Counted from the first letter of the stretch, positions 19,098 to 30,004 are shown. The stretch is DNA of 64,000 bases from Spirochaetota bacterium (GCA_026415295.1 JAOAHJ010000026.1:11638-75637), one strand, 5' to 3'. Translations and numbers: made by a program. The notes: a model not told the origin generated them from the letters alone.

Positions 19098-20282
19098 TTA
19101 TATATTATTAATTAATTCTTCAATTTTGTTAATAATATGTTCTCTATTAAACATATTTTCTATTAATTTTAATGAATTTTCTATATTTATATTATTGTTT
19201 TTAGAATTTAAAATAAATTCAATTTTTTTTCTTATTTCATTTTCATCATTTTTACAAAAATAACCAATTTTATATTCATCAACTATCTTACCTACAGCTC
19301 CATCAGTAATTACAAATATAGGTTTTTGAGCATAAAGGTAAGTAAAAAATTTAGCAGGTATAGTTAATTTAATATAGTCATCTTCTATTAAAGGTAAAAC
19401 AGAATAATCACAATCTTTAATTAAAGAAATAACCTCCTTTTCATCAATTTTCTCAATAAAAATAATATTAAAAGCATTTAATTTATTTTTTAATTTAATT
19501 AAATTTTCCTTCTCATTGCCATCACCCACAATATAAAAAATAATATTCTCTTCTTTAAAACTTGAAAAAGCTTTTATTACATTCTCTAAACCTTGCATTT
19601 TCCCAATATTTCCAGTATAAACAAACTTAATTTTGCTTTTATCTAAGCTTATTTTATGATTTTCTATTTTAATATTTGAATTAAACCATTGAGGAATATA
19701 TATAATTTCTTTTTTAGTATATAATTTTAACCTATCTATAAAACCAGGACTACTAACTAAAATATAATCAAAGTATTTATAAATAAATTTAACAAAGTTA
19801 TCTAATAAAAATGAAAAAGTAAATTTTTTTTTAAACCCATAAGAATAAACAGCATCTGGCCAAATATCTAAACTCCATATAATAGATTTTTTTTTGAAAA
19901 TTTTTTTTATAAAAAAAACTGGAAAAGCTTGAGTAAGAGGACCTGTATGGTAAACAAAAACTAAATCTATTTTATTTGCAATTTTAAATACATAAAAAGA
20001 TGCTTTTATCATAAAATTTATATATGATAATATTTTAATAAAAACACTTTTACTATAACCAAGAATAGTTTTTAATCTTATTATATTTATGCCATTAATA
20101 TTTTCAATAACAAATTTATTAATATAACCTTGATAAAGTTTATCTCCTGGATATGATGGTATTTGTGTTAAAACTGTTACAGTAAAACCTCTATCTTTTA
20201 ACTCATAAGATAGATCATTTATAGAAAAAGGTTCTGGAAAATACCTTTCAGTAATTATCAGAATATTTTTTATTTTTTCCAT
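19098..20282 (-). CDS. Family 4 glycosyltransferase (WbjE/Cap5-type L-FucNAc transferase candidate)
   Basis: GT4 N-domain ILIITERYFPEPFSINDLSYEL; immediately downstream of fnlABC-like genes. Confidence 0.7.
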   Translation of the reverse strand: MEKIKNILIITERYFPEPFSINDLSYELKDRGFTVTVLTQIPSYPGDKLYQGYINKFVIENINGINIIRLKTILGYSKSVFIKILSYINFMIKASFYVFKIANKIDLVFVYHTGPLTQAFPVFFIKKIFKKKSIIWSLDIWPDAVYSYGFKKKFTFSFLLDNFVKFIYKYFDYILVSSPGFIDRLKLYTKKEIIYIPQWFNSNIKIENHKISLDKSKIKFVYTGNIGKMQGLENVIKAFSSFKEENIIFYIVGDGNEKENLIKLKNKLNAFNIIFIEKIDEKEVISLIKDCDYSVLPLIEDDYIKLTIPAKFFTYLYAQKPIFVITDGAVGKIVDEYKIGYFCKNDENEIRKKIEFILNSKNNNINIENSLKLIENMFNREHIINKIEELINNI

Positions 20283-21397
20283 ATATTTTTATTAATATAA
20301 TCAATATAACTTATTATTATTCTTGGTATTTTCTCTGAAACATTAGGAACAAAATAATCTTTAACTAATAAAAAATTTCTTTCTTTTCTATTTTGTTTTA
20401 CCGCTACTTCAATAGAATTTAATACAATATCTTTTCTAAAACCACTCATAATAACTGAAGCTTCTTCCATACCTTCTGGTCTCTCATGAGCTTCTCTAAT
20501 ATTTATAGCAGGAAAATTTAATATTGAAGATTCTTCTGTTATAGTCCCTGAATCAGATATAACTAAAAAAGAATTTATTTCAAGATTAACATAATCAGTA
20601 AAAGAAAATGGATTATGAAATATAATTAAATCATTAAAAATAACATTTTTTAATTGTTCAATTTTTTTTCTTGTTCTTGGATGGGTTGATACCATAATAG
20701 GAAATTTATATTTCTCTGCTATGCTATTTAATATATCTATAAAAGATAATAAATTATTCATGTTATCAACATTTTCTTCTCTATGAAAACTAACAACAAA
20801 ATATTTCTCTTTTTCAAGTCCTAACTTTTCAAGAATTTTAGAACTTTTAATCTTAGGTAAATAATAATTAATAACTTCATACATTGGGGAGCCAGTCTTT
20901 ATTATCCTTTCTGATGGGAAGCCCTCTTTTATTAAATATTCTCTAGCAATATCAGAATATGGTAAATTAATATCAGAAATATGATCAACAATTTTTCTAT
21001 TTGTTTCTTCAGGAACTCTTTGATCAAAGCATCTATTTCCAGCTTCCATATGAAATATTGGAATTTTTCTTCTTTTAGCTGGGTAAGCACATAAACAAGA
21101 ATTAGTGTCTCCTAATATCAATATAGCTTCAGGTTTAATTTTTTCAAATAATTCATCAATCTTAACTAACATATTTGATATTGTTTTAATATATGTATCA
21201 GATGCTGTTTCTAAAAAATAATCTGGTTTCTTTATTTCAAGATCATCAAAAAATATTTTATTTAATTCATAATCATAATTTTGCCCAGTATGAACAAGGA
21301 TATGATCAAAATATTCATCCATTTTACTAATAACTCTTGAAAGTCTAATTACTTCGGGCCTAGTACCAACTATTGTCATAACTTTTATTTTATTCAT
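20270..21397 (-). CDS. fnlC: UDP-2-acetamido-2,6-dideoxy-L-talose 2-epimerase (FnlC/Cap5G, non-hydrolysing WecB family)
   Basis: MNKIKVMTIVGTRPEVIRLS...HTGQNYDYELN; ORF track start at 21448 overlaps fnlB by 50 nt. Start at M18 (21397) abuts the fnlB stop and is more likely. Confidence 0.85.
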   Translation of the reverse strand: MNKIKVMTIVGTRPEVIRLSRVISKMDEYFDHILVHTGQNYDYELNKIFFDDLEIKKPDYFLETASDTYIKTISNMLVKIDELFEKIKPEAILILGDTNSCLCAYPAKRRKIPIFHMEAGNRCFDQRVPEETNRKIVDHISDINLPYSDIAREYLIKEGFPSERIIKTGSPMYEVINYYLPKIKSSKILEKLGLEKEKYFVVSFHREENVDNMNNLLSFIDILNSIAEKYKFPIMVSTHPRTRKKIEQLKNVIFNDLIIFHNPFSFTDYVNLEINSFLVISDSGTITEESSILNFPAINIREAHERPEGMEEASVIMSGFRKDIVLNSIEVAVKQNRKERNFLLVKDYFVPNVSEKIPRIIISYIDYINKNIWKK

Positions 21398-21398
21398 T

Positions 21399-22517
21399 TC
21401 ATACCTCTTCATAATAAGTATCAGGATTATCTGGATCAAAAATTTCATTTGCCCAAAAAACTGTTATCAAATCTCTATCGCCTATATTTGTTATGTTATG
21501 AGTATATCCTGGAGGAATATCAACAATTTTACAATCTTCTCCATCTACTATAATAGAATATTTTTCATTATTCAAAATATTCCTAAAAGATATTTTTGCT
21601 TTACCTTCAACTACACAAAATTTTTCAACTTTAGTATGATGATAATGGTTGCCTCTTGTAATCCCTGGTTTAGTCCTAGAAATAAAAATTTGTCCTGCAA
21701 AATTAGATTTAATAAATTCAAATAAATAACCTCTATTATCCTCATTTTTTATTGCTTTATATTCTAAATTACTTAAATCATAATAAGAAATCAAAGTAGA
21801 ATAAAGATACTTTTCAAATTTATTTTCAAAATTTGGTAATATATTATTCTCCCTTATTTTAATAAAATTTTTTAATAATTCTGCTAATTTAGCTAAGCTG
21901 ACCTCATAAAATGGAGTAGGATAAATAATTGAATCTACAACATCTAAATCATTTTCATAAATATGTCTTATTAAATTTTTAATAACATCATCTATATATA
22001 TAAATTTAATTACTTTTTCTGGATCATTAATAATAATTTCTTTATTATGCGTTAAGTTATAACAAAAAGTAGCAACTACAGAATTATAATTTGGTTTACA
22101 CCATTTACCAAATACATTTTGAAATCTATATATATAAACTTTATTACCTGTTCTTTTACTATAATTTAATAATAATTCCTCAGCTTCTTTTTTTGTTTTT
22201 CCATAAAGATTATCAAGTTCTGCTTGTATAGAAGAAGAAAATACAATTTTACATACTTTATTAAATTTTTCAAGAAAATTTATTAATTTGTTTGTAAGTT
22301 CAACATTTCCATAAAAATATTCAATTTCATTTTGTGGTCTATTTACACCAGCTAAATGGTATATAACATAAAAATTATTATTTTTTATTATTTCATCAAG
22401 TGTTTCAAAACTATTTATATCATATTCAATTATATTTAAGTTAATGTTTTTTTTTAAAAAAATTTTTAAATTCTTTCCTATAAATCCATTTGAACCTGTT
22501 ATGAGAATATTCTTCAT
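21399..22517 (-). CDS. fnlB: UDP-L-FucNAc pathway reductase (FnlB/Cap5F-like; SDR N-domain plus cupin-like C-domain)
   Basis: ITGSNGFIGKNL Rossmann start; C-terminal ISRTKPGITRGNHYHHTKVEKFCVVEG cupin signature as in Cap5F. Confidence 0.75.
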   Translation of the reverse strand: MKNILITGSNGFIGKNLKIFLKKNINLNIIEYDINSFETLDEIIKNNNFYVIYHLAGVNRPQNEIEYFYGNVELTNKLINFLEKFNKVCKIVFSSSIQAELDNLYGKTKKEAEELLLNYSKRTGNKVYIYRFQNVFGKWCKPNYNSVVATFCYNLTHNKEIIINDPEKVIKFIYIDDVIKNLIRHIYENDLDVVDSIIYPTPFYEVSLAKLAELLKNFIKIRENNILPNFENKFEKYLYSTLISYYDLSNLEYKAIKNEDNRGYLFEFIKSNFAGQIFISRTKPGITRGNHYHHTKVEKFCVVEGKAKISFRNILNNEKYSIIVDGEDCKIVDIPPGYTHNITNIGDRDLITVFWANEIFDPDNPDTYYEEV

Positions 22518-22523
22518 ATTTAT

Positions 22524-23552
22524 TTAGACTCCTTCATCCTCTTCATTTCTTAAAGCTTTCTGGATATATTCCAAATCTAATAAAATTTTCTTTAACTCTT
22601 CATTCGTTAGTCTTTTAGTATTATGTGAGTTATACTCTTCAACCTCTTCAATTTTCTTATCACCTTCATCAAAATATTTATGATAATTTAAATCTCTTGT
22701 ATCAGCAGGTATTCTATAGTAATCACCTAAATCAATAGATATTGCTGCTTCTTCTTTAGATAATAAAGTTTCATATAATTTTTCACCATGTCTTGTTCCA
22801 ATAATTTTAATTTCATTTTTAGCATTAAATATTTCAAGTAAAACTTCAGCTAATTGCTTAATAGTTGCTGCAGGAGCTTTCTGTACAAAAATATCACCCT
22901 GCTTTGCGTTATTAAAAGCAAACATAACAAGTTCAACTGCTTGCTCAAGACTCATAATAAATCTTGTCATATTTGGATTTGTAATTGTAATCGGCTCATT
23001 ATTTTTAATTTGCTTTACAAATAAAGGAATCACAGATCCTCTTGAAGCCATAACATTTCCATATCTAGTTGCTGTTAAAAGAGTTTCATCCTCTCTTAAA
23101 TTTCTCGACTTAGCAACCATTACTTTTTCCATTAAAGCTTTTGACATTCCCATTGCATTTATTGGATAAACAGCTTTATCTGTTGATAAAACTATAACTT
23201 TTTTTACTCCGCAATTTATTGCAGCATCTATTGTGTTTGCAGTTCCAATAATATTAGTTTTAACTGCTTCTAACGGATAAAATTCACATGAAGGTACCTG
23301 TTTTAAAGCAGCTGCTGCAAATACATAATCTACTCCTCTCATTGCTGAACAAATAGAATCATAATCTCTTACATCTCCTATATAATATTTTATTTTATCA
23401 TTTTTATATTTATGTCTTAGATCATCTTGTTTTTTCTCATCACGGCTAAATACCCTTATCTCTTTTATATCAGTTTGAAGAAATTTTTTTAATACTGCAT
23501 TTCCAAAAGAACCAGTACCACCAGTTATTAGTAAAACCTTATCTTTGAACAT
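22524..23552 (-). CDS. fnlA: UDP-GlcNAc 4,6-dehydratase/5-epimerase (FnlA/Cap5E/WbjB)
   Basis: MFKDKVLLITGGTGSFGNAV...IRVFSRDEKKQDDLRHKY...LSTDKAVYPINAMGMSKALME closely matches FnlA/Cap5E family. Confidence 0.85.
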   Translation of the reverse strand: MFKDKVLLITGGTGSFGNAVLKKFLQTDIKEIRVFSRDEKKQDDLRHKYKNDKIKYYIGDVRDYDSICSAMRGVDYVFAAAALKQVPSCEFYPLEAVKTNIIGTANTIDAAINCGVKKVIVLSTDKAVYPINAMGMSKALMEKVMVAKSRNLREDETLLTATRYGNVMASRGSVIPLFVKQIKNNEPITITNPNMTRFIMSLEQAVELVMFAFNNAKQGDIFVQKAPAATIKQLAEVLLEIFNAKNEIKIIGTRHGEKLYETLLSKEEAAISIDLGDYYRIPADTRDLNYHKYFDEGDKKIEEVEEYNSHNTKRLTNEELKKILLDLEYIQKALRNEEDEGV

Positions 23553-23573
23553 ATATTCTCCTAAAACTTATAT

Positions 23574-24812
23574 TTATATATAATTTTTATAAATATTATA
23601 TATTATATTAGCATTATTTTCTAAAATAAAATATCTCTTAAAATAATTTAATACATTGTCAGAAATTTCTAATAGTTTATTTTTATTATTAAATATATTA
23701 TTATATATATATTCAATTTTATTAGCTAATTCTTCTTCATTTAATTCATTAACAGTAAAACCATTATAATTATCAAATATTTCATCATCAAAAATAGGTT
23801 CTTTTAATGTTACTATAGATGGTATACCATATTTTGCAGCCTCAAATACTGGCCTTCCTATAGCAAATAAATTAGTTGTAAATAACAATAAATCAATTTT
23901 TTTGTAAAAATCATCATTATTCTTAATAAAACCCAAATATTTAACATAATTAGTTAAATTTTTCTTTTCAATAAACTCAAAAATATATTTTTCCATATCA
24001 AAAAATAAACCTAATATTTCAACTATTTTTTTGAAAAATTTATTTTTAAATATTCTAGAATTTTTTCCAGCTATATAAAGTTTTATTTTATTTAATTTCT
24101 TTTCATTAATTAAAATATCTATAGCTTTTAAAATAGTATCTATTCCTTTAGCTTTATATAGAACACCTATAAAACCTAAATTAAAACAATCTGATAATAA
24201 ATTTACATTTTTTAATTTATTAAAATAATAATTATTATTATCATTAAATTCTATACCATTATGCACTACTAAAGTTTTATAAAATAGTGATGCATTTAAA
24301 CTATTTTTTACTCTTTCATCTATACATATTATTTGATCAACATAATTTTTTAAAATATTAGTAAATACTTTTCTCCTAATCCCTTTTTTATTAGATTGTA
24401 TAGCTCTAATATGAATTAATATTTTAATTTTTTTAAATAATTTTTTCAAAAAAAAACAATAAATAAATAAATTTCCTTCATTTAAATGAATAATTTTAAC
24501 ATTTTCTTTTTTAATAATTTTTATTACTTTTATTAAACTAGGAATAAAATAAAACAATTCTCTAATAAATACTAACCACCTAATACCTTTATAGTAACTA
24601 TATTCTGTATTATCAAATTGTGAAAGCCATTTAATAATATATACTTTAAACCCATTATTTTTATAATAATTAATTACTTCTCCTTTAGATGTTAAAACTA
24701 TTCCTTCTACATTATATTTAATTAACTCCTTATATAATAGTACCAGACTTCTTGATGAACCTCCTATAGTAGGACAAGTATGTAAATACAAAATTTTTAT
24801 TTTATTACTCAT
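23574..24812 (-). CDS. Putative GT-B glycosyltransferase
   Basis: N-terminal ILYLHTCPTIGGSSRS and C-terminal FEAAKYGIPSIV resemble GT4 signatures; weak. Confidence 0.5.
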   Translation of the reverse strand: MSNKIKILYLHTCPTIGGSSRSLVLLYKELIKYNVEGIVLTSKGEVINYYKNNGFKVYIIKWLSQFDNTEYSYYKGIRWLVFIRELFYFIPSLIKVIKIIKKENVKIIHLNEGNLFIYCFFLKKLFKKIKILIHIRAIQSNKKGIRRKVFTNILKNYVDQIICIDERVKNSLNASLFYKTLVVHNGIEFNDNNNYYFNKLKNVNLLSDCFNLGFIGVLYKAKGIDTILKAIDILINEKKLNKIKLYIAGKNSRIFKNKFFKKIVEILGLFFDMEKYIFEFIEKKNLTNYVKYLGFIKNNDDFYKKIDLLLFTTNLFAIGRPVFEAAKYGIPSIVTLKEPIFDDEIFDNYNGFTVNELNEEELANKIEYIYNNIFNNKNKLLEISDNVLNYFKRYFILENNANIIYNIYKNYI

Positions 24813-24817
24813 TTAGA

Positions 24818-26092
24818 TTAATCCTCTAATTCTTTTATTTCGTTTTTATAAATTAAATAACCATATAAAAAACCTATAAAAGGATGAGCTAAAGGAACTT
24901 GTGAAATAAAAATTAAGTTAAAAAATAATATTAATAAAATAGTATTTTTTATTTTTTTATAATTTTTAATTAATAATATATTAATTAAAAAAATATATGA
25001 TAATCCAATTAATCCTAGATTAAATAAAACACCCCCCCATAAAGACTTTATTCTTGTTCCGTTATAAATAAATTTTAATTTTAAAAAATCAATTTTATTA
25101 TCATTTAATGTGCCATTTATATAGTACAACCAATCACCAAAAAAGTGAGGTAATCCAAAATTTTCAAAAAAGCCCTTAAATGATAAAAAAATATCCTCTA
25201 ATCTATCTAAGGCACTTTCATCTTTCAAAAAAAATAATAAAGGATTTTTTAAAATTCTAAAAAAAATATCATAAATTCTAGTATTTTTTAAAAAAGAAAA
25301 GGAAATTAAAATTATTAAGACAGAAAAAAATACTAGAAAATAAAATAAAATAATATTATCATATTTTAATTTAATTTTATTATATATAAATAAAACAAAA
25401 ATGATCAATAAATAAAGAAGAATAACCAATATAATGGTAAAAACATATATTGCACTCTTTGCAATAAATAATAATTGAAATAAAATTATTAAAATTAGTA
25501 CAACTTTTATTTTTAAACTATCAAAAAATTCAACAGTAACCCATATAAAAAAAACCAGCATAAGTCCATAATAACTAGGCTCTGGTGCAAGACTTGTGGA
25601 ACCTCGTTCAGGACTTGTCGATAATCTTGGTAAAATAGTTTTAATTTGATCATAAAAAAAATATTGTAAAACACCAAAAATAAGCCAAATAAAAATAACA
25701 AAAAAGAAAAATTTTTTTAAATTTAAGAAATTATATTTTTTGAAATAAATATAAACAGATATTGAAATGCTTAAAACAGATATATATCCACCAATTTCTC
25801 TTATTCCATAAATATATTCCGATGAAAAAGGAAATAAAAACAAAGACATTAAAAAAGGAATTATTAAATATACAAAATAATTATTCAAATAAAATAGATA
25901 TGGTAAAAACAGAAAATTTAATATTAAAGAAATAAATAATGCATTTGGCTGAGTATCAGTTTTAATTATATTAAAAATCTTTAAATAAGGGAAAAAGATA
26001 AAAATAAAAATAACAAAAAATAGAAAATAAAAAAGTTTTCTTTGAAAAAATATAATATTATTTTTATAATTCTGGAATTTTAAATTTATCAT
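24818..26092 (-). CDS. Polytopic membrane protein, Wzy-like repeat-unit polymerase candidate
   Basis: About 11 TM segments with one large hydrophilic loop; no soluble domain; location in glycan cluster. Confidence 0.4.
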   Translation of the reverse strand: MINLKFQNYKNNIIFFQRKLFYFLFFVIFIFIFFPYLKIFNIIKTDTQPNALFISLILNFLFLPYLFYLNNYFVYLIIPFLMSLFLFPFSSEYIYGIREIGGYISVLSISISVYIYFKKYNFLNLKKFFFFVIFIWLIFGVLQYFFYDQIKTILPRLSTSPERGSTSLAPEPSYYGLMLVFFIWVTVEFFDSLKIKVVLILIILFQLLFIAKSAIYVFTIILVILLYLLIIFVLFIYNKIKLKYDNIILFYFLVFFSVLIILISFSFLKNTRIYDIFFRILKNPLLFFLKDESALDRLEDIFLSFKGFFENFGLPHFFGDWLYYINGTLNDNKIDFLKLKFIYNGTRIKSLWGGVLFNLGLIGLSYIFLINILLIKNYKKIKNTILLILFFNLIFISQVPLAHPFIGFLYGYLIYKNEIKELED

Positions 26093-26153
26093 TTTAATAA
26101 ACTCTAAAATTTTTAATTTATTATTTTAATAATTTTCTTTAAGGTTTACTTTT

Positions 26154-27305
26154 TTAAAAACTCTTTTTTATTTTATAATATAATATTTTAAATATGTTCC
26201 ATAATCTTATCTCACTACCATATAATTTATGAGGTTTTTCTGGTCTTCTTAAATAATTTTCTAAGCCCTCTTCTTTCCATCTCATTTTCTTTATAAAATA
26301 TTCTATATCTTCTATTAAATCTTTCTCTTTTGGATATGGTATCTCTTTAAGTAATTTCTCAGCTTCCTCTTTTTTCATCTGTCCTGTCAATATTAATGTA
26401 GATAAATGATTTTTCCTCTTATCTACCCCAAATTTTACTGGCAATATAAATCCTTGATAAAACCTTGTAAAAATAGATTCATAATGCTTATATGGATATG
26501 GTTTATATTTATATTTCTCTTCCAATATCTTTAACGCATCAAATTTATTATATTCAGGCAAATAATCTAAAAATGATATCCATTTTATTCCTCTGATGAA
26601 TTCATACATTACAAAATCTATCGTCCCTATTGCTGGAAATGTCTTTATTTTAACTTTCCCTCTCTTAGCTAAATTGTAGATATTTGTTTTATCCCATTTA
26701 AACCAATTCCAATTTATAGGCATCTTCATTCCTTCTGTAGAACTATTTGTACCTGCTAATATATACTTTACTCCAAAGTTCTTTGCTTGCCCATAACAAA
26801 CTGCTAACATTGCATTATCATACAATAACTCTATATCTATTACATCTGCATCAAAAAATGCTTGCATCAACCCCCTATACTCCTCCCAATCTATTACATG
26901 TGTATATAAATCTACTCCTAATCCTTCTACTAAATTTTTTATGTTATTTGCTGCTAATTCACTATCCCATCCATTATCCATATGTGCTGCTAATGGTCTT
27001 AATCCTAACTCTTTTACTTTTACAAGTGTATATGAACTATCAACCCCTCCACTTATACCTACTATACAGTCATATCTCTTACCTTTTCCTTCTTCTTTTA
27101 TCTTTTTTACAAACTCCTCTAAACTTAAATCTATCTTCTTCTTTGGAGTTCTTATTACTTCTAAAAAATCATCGCAATAATTACACCCTGTTTCTGTAAA
27201 TATTATACCTTCTGCTGTCTCATCCATTAAACATCTTTTGCATCTCCTTGTCTTTTCATTTATTTCTATAAGCTTCTCTTTTAATAATTTTACATATTTT
27301 TCCAT
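26154..27305 (-). CDS. N-acetyl-sugar amidotransferase (PseA/WbpG/WbuX family, PP-loop ATP pyrophosphatase)
   Basis: CxxC...CxxC N-terminal Zn knuckle (CKRCLMDE...CNYCDDF), PP-loop GISGGVDSSY, family-typical length. Confidence 0.8.
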   Translation of the reverse strand: MEKYVKLLKEKLIEINEKTRRCKRCLMDETAEGIIFTETGCNYCDDFLEVIRTPKKKIDLSLEEFVKKIKEEGKGKRYDCIVGISGGVDSSYTLVKVKELGLRPLAAHMDNGWDSELAANNIKNLVEGLGVDLYTHVIDWEEYRGLMQAFFDADVIDIELLYDNAMLAVCYGQAKNFGVKYILAGTNSSTEGMKMPINWNWFKWDKTNIYNLAKRGKVKIKTFPAIGTIDFVMYEFIRGIKWISFLDYLPEYNKFDALKILEEKYKYKPYPYKHYESIFTRFYQGFILPVKFGVDKRKNHLSTLILTGQMKKEEAEKLLKEIPYPKEKDLIEDIEYFIKKMRWKEEGLENYLRRPEKPHKLYGSEIRLWNIFKILYYKIKKSF

Positions 27306-27308
27306 ATT

Positions 27309-28070
27309 TCATTCTCCTAATATATTTCTTAAATCTTCATATTTTGGATAAGATATAACAACTGCTCTATGTGGCATATGAAACACAAACATTCCGCCAG
27401 CACCACAAGCATGAGCTCCTGCCTCTTTTGCAAATTTAAAATCATTAACATTTCTTGCTCCACCACAAGCAATAGTTGGAATTTTTAATTTTGAAGAAAT
27501 ATATTTTATTAAATTAAAATCATATCCTTCAAAGGTTCCATCCCTATCTATATTGTTTATAATTATTTCTCCAACTCCAAGTTGTTCCATTTTAAGTGCT
27601 AATTCTAAAGCTTCATAGTTTGTCTTTTCTGTTCCACTTTTAATATAGACCTTATATTTTCCAAAAAAATCTTTTTTTACATCTAAAGAAAACACAATAC
27701 TTTGATTTCCAAAAGAATCAGCAAGTTTTTTTATCAGATCAAAATTTAAAACTGCATAAGTATTTAATACAACTTTTTCTATACCTATTGAAAATAATTT
27801 TTTAGCATCTTCAAAACTTTTAATTCCTCCTCCATAACTAACTGGCATAAAAGCTTCGGATACAACTTCTTTTAGAAATTCAAAATCTATTTCTTTATTC
27901 AATTTAGAAGCTTCAATATCTAAGATAACTATTTCATCAACTTCTTTATCATTAAATATTTTAACAGTATTTATAGGATCACCAACATATTTATGATCTT
28001 TAAATTTTATCCCCTTATAAAATCCTCTATTTTTCATTAATAAAACAGGAATAATTCTTGTTTTTAACAT
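27309..28070 (-). CDS. HisF-like cyclase subunit paralog (WbuZ-type) of glycan amidotransferase system
   Basis: RIIPVLLMKNRGFYKGIKF...GDPINTVKIFNDKEVDEIVILDI, (beta/alpha)8 HisF signature; adjacent to PseA-like gene. Confidence 0.85.
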   Translation of the reverse strand: MLKTRIIPVLLMKNRGFYKGIKFKDHKYVGDPINTVKIFNDKEVDEIVILDIEASKLNKEIDFEFLKEVVSEAFMPVSYGGGIKSFEDAKKLFSIGIEKVVLNTYAVLNFDLIKKLADSFGNQSIVFSLDVKKDFFGKYKVYIKSGTEKTNYEALELALKMEQLGVGEIIINNIDRDGTFEGYDFNLIKYISSKLKIPTIACGGARNVNDFKFAKEAGAHACGAGGMFVFHMPHRAVVISYPKYEDLRNILGE

Positions 28071-28105
28071 TTTAGCCTCTTAAAAAAAATATAGATTTGA
28101 CATAT

Positions 28106-28735
28106 TCAATATCTTTCTATAAAATTTTTTAATAGTTGCATTCCAAATTTATGACTTTTTTCAGGATGAAACTGGACACCAATTATGTTTTCTTTCTCAA
28201 AAGAAGAAACAAAATCATATCCATAAAAAGTTGTTGTTAATATATCTGTTAAATCAAAACAATTAACTGCATAAGAATGAACAAAATAGAATCTATTTTC
28301 TTGATTTTCCATTCCATAAAATAATTTTGAATTCTTTCTTAAATTAACTATATTCCATCCCATATGAGGTATTTTTAAATTTTTATTTTCAATAGCTGTA
28401 AAATTAAATTTTTTTGTCTCGGCATTTATCCAGCCAAATCCTTTCTCTTTTCCTTCCTCACTTGATTTTGTCATAAGTTGCATTCCAAGACATATCCCCA
28501 ATATTGGAATTTTTTTAATTAACACTTTTTCATTTAATATATCAAAAAGATTTAATTCTTTTAAGTTATTTATTCCATTATCAAAAGCCCCAACTCCTGG
28601 TAAAATAAGCTTTGTAGCTTTATTAATATCATCAATATTTGAAGATATGATCGCAGAATATCCAGCTTTTTTTACCATGTTCAAAATTGAACCTGGATTT
28701 CCTAAATTATAATTTATAATTGTTATAAAATTCAT
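28106..28735 (-). CDS. HisH-like class I glutamine amidotransferase paralog (WbuY-type)
   Basis: GICLGMQLM catalytic Cys motif, HxE-type ending FHPEKS; 209 aa. Confidence 0.85.
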   Translation of the reverse strand: MNFITIINYNLGNPGSILNMVKKAGYSAIISSNIDDINKATKLILPGVGAFDNGINNLKELNLFDILNEKVLIKKIPILGICLGMQLMTKSSEEGKEKGFGWINAETKKFNFTAIENKNLKIPHMGWNIVNLRKNSKLFYGMENQENRFYFVHSYAVNCFDLTDILTTTFYGYDFVSSFEKENIIGVQFHPEKSHKFGMQLLKNFIERY

Positions 28736-28783
28736 TTTAAACCCTTTTCTTAAATAAAAAATTTAATTTTTTAAAAAAAATTA

Positions 28784-30004
28784 TCATTTTAAATAAAATA
28801 AATTTAACAATTTATCAAAATCAATTATTTCTAAAAAGTTTTCCTGCAATAAATTTAAATAATCAACAAATTCAGGATCAGAACTAATATTGCTATCTAC
28901 AAAATATGTTTTTATTTTATAGTTTAAACAGTCAAGGTATACTGCACTATTTCGAGTAATATGAATATCAACATATTTTAATATTAAAAATAATGGAACA
29001 TTACTCGAAATTTTAAAATCCACAAAATCACTATAATTATTTAATTTATTTTTTAAATAATCTATCTTTTTTAAATTACTTAAATCCAAAGGATGTAATC
29101 TAATAAAAAATTGATACTTATTTCTTAAAATATCTTTCTCGGCTATTTTATTTATAAGATCAATAATATTCTCTAAAAATATATTTGAAGAATTATCCCA
29201 CTGTAAAGTTATTAAAATTTTTATTTTTTCTTTGTTTATTATTTTATTAATATTATTAAGTTCTTTCTTATAAAAATCTATTAAATTAAAATAATAATTA
29301 GTATCTTTCAATTTTTCAATATAATTTTCAAAATTATTAAAAAAAACATAATAAGGATTTTCTATTAAAATAACTTTAAAAAAATTTACAAATTTACATT
29401 TTCTTATTTCATTATTTAAAATAAATTCACTAATTTTATCAAAAACTATAAAACCAGAAGGCATCTTATAAGAATCTGAATTTTCTTTTAAATATCTTCT
29501 AATACTTGATTGAATAAAACCATGTTGAATATCATATACTTCTACACCTATTAATTTTGAAGCTTTGCAAATAAATTCATTAGGTTGAATTCCTATAACT
29601 TTATTAATATTATTATTAGTAAGAATTTTTTTATAAAAATTGACTATTAACTTATCATTTTTAGTTATTTTATATATAAATTTTAATACTATATGAAAAA
29701 AATTAATTTTTTTTGAATTAAAAAGTGTTTTCTTTTTGCTAAAAGGTTCTAAAATAGTAATAAACTTTTTATTAAAATTAATTTCATAAAAATAATAAAT
29801 TTTTAAACTATCTATTATTTGAGAAAAATAAAAATTATTAATTTTAATACCAAAATCACCATCATTTAAAGTAAATAATATTTTATTAGAGCTTTCATTT
29901 TCTTTAATAAATAAACTCTTAAAACAAAATATATAATCCGTATAAAAAATTGACAAAACTAAATTTTTTATTAATTTAAAAAATTTTTTTTTATTAAAAA
30001 TCAT
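28784..30004 (-). CDS. Hypothetical protein (possible glycosyltransferase for nonulosonate/capsule; no confident family)
   Basis: 406-aa K/N-rich ORF without recognised motifs; tightly packed in operon. Confidence 0.4.
   Translation of the reverse strand: MIFNKKKFFKLIKNLVLSIFYTDYIFCFKSLFIKENESSNKILFTLNDGDFGIKINNFYFSQIIDSLKIYYFYEINFNKKFITILEPFSKKKTLFNSKKINFFHIVLKFIYKITKNDKLIVNFYKKILTNNNINKVIGIQPNEFICKASKLIGVEVYDIQHGFIQSSIRRYLKENSDSYKMPSGFIVFDKISEFILNNEIRKCKFVNFFKVILIENPYYVFFNNFENYIEKLKDTNYYFNLIDFYKKELNNINKIINKEKIKILITLQWDNSSNIFLENIIDLINKIAEKDILRNKYQFFIRLHPLDLSNLKKIDYLKNKLNNYSDFVDFKISSNVPLFLILKYVDIHITRNSAVYLDCLNYKIKTYFVDSNISSDPEFVDYLNLLQENFLEIIDFDKLLNLFYLK

Noticed and set aside
26747-27199. 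150-aa and 79-aa plus-strand ORFs rich in L/Y/H
   Set aside because: Antisense to the PseA-like amidotransferase; composition reflects complement of K/E-rich coding strand.
28679-28692. GTTCA-AAAT-TGAAC near-palindrome resembling the operator motif
   Set aside because: 4-nt spacer rather than 5, imperfect, and inside the hisH-like coding sequence; likely chance in AT-rich DNA.
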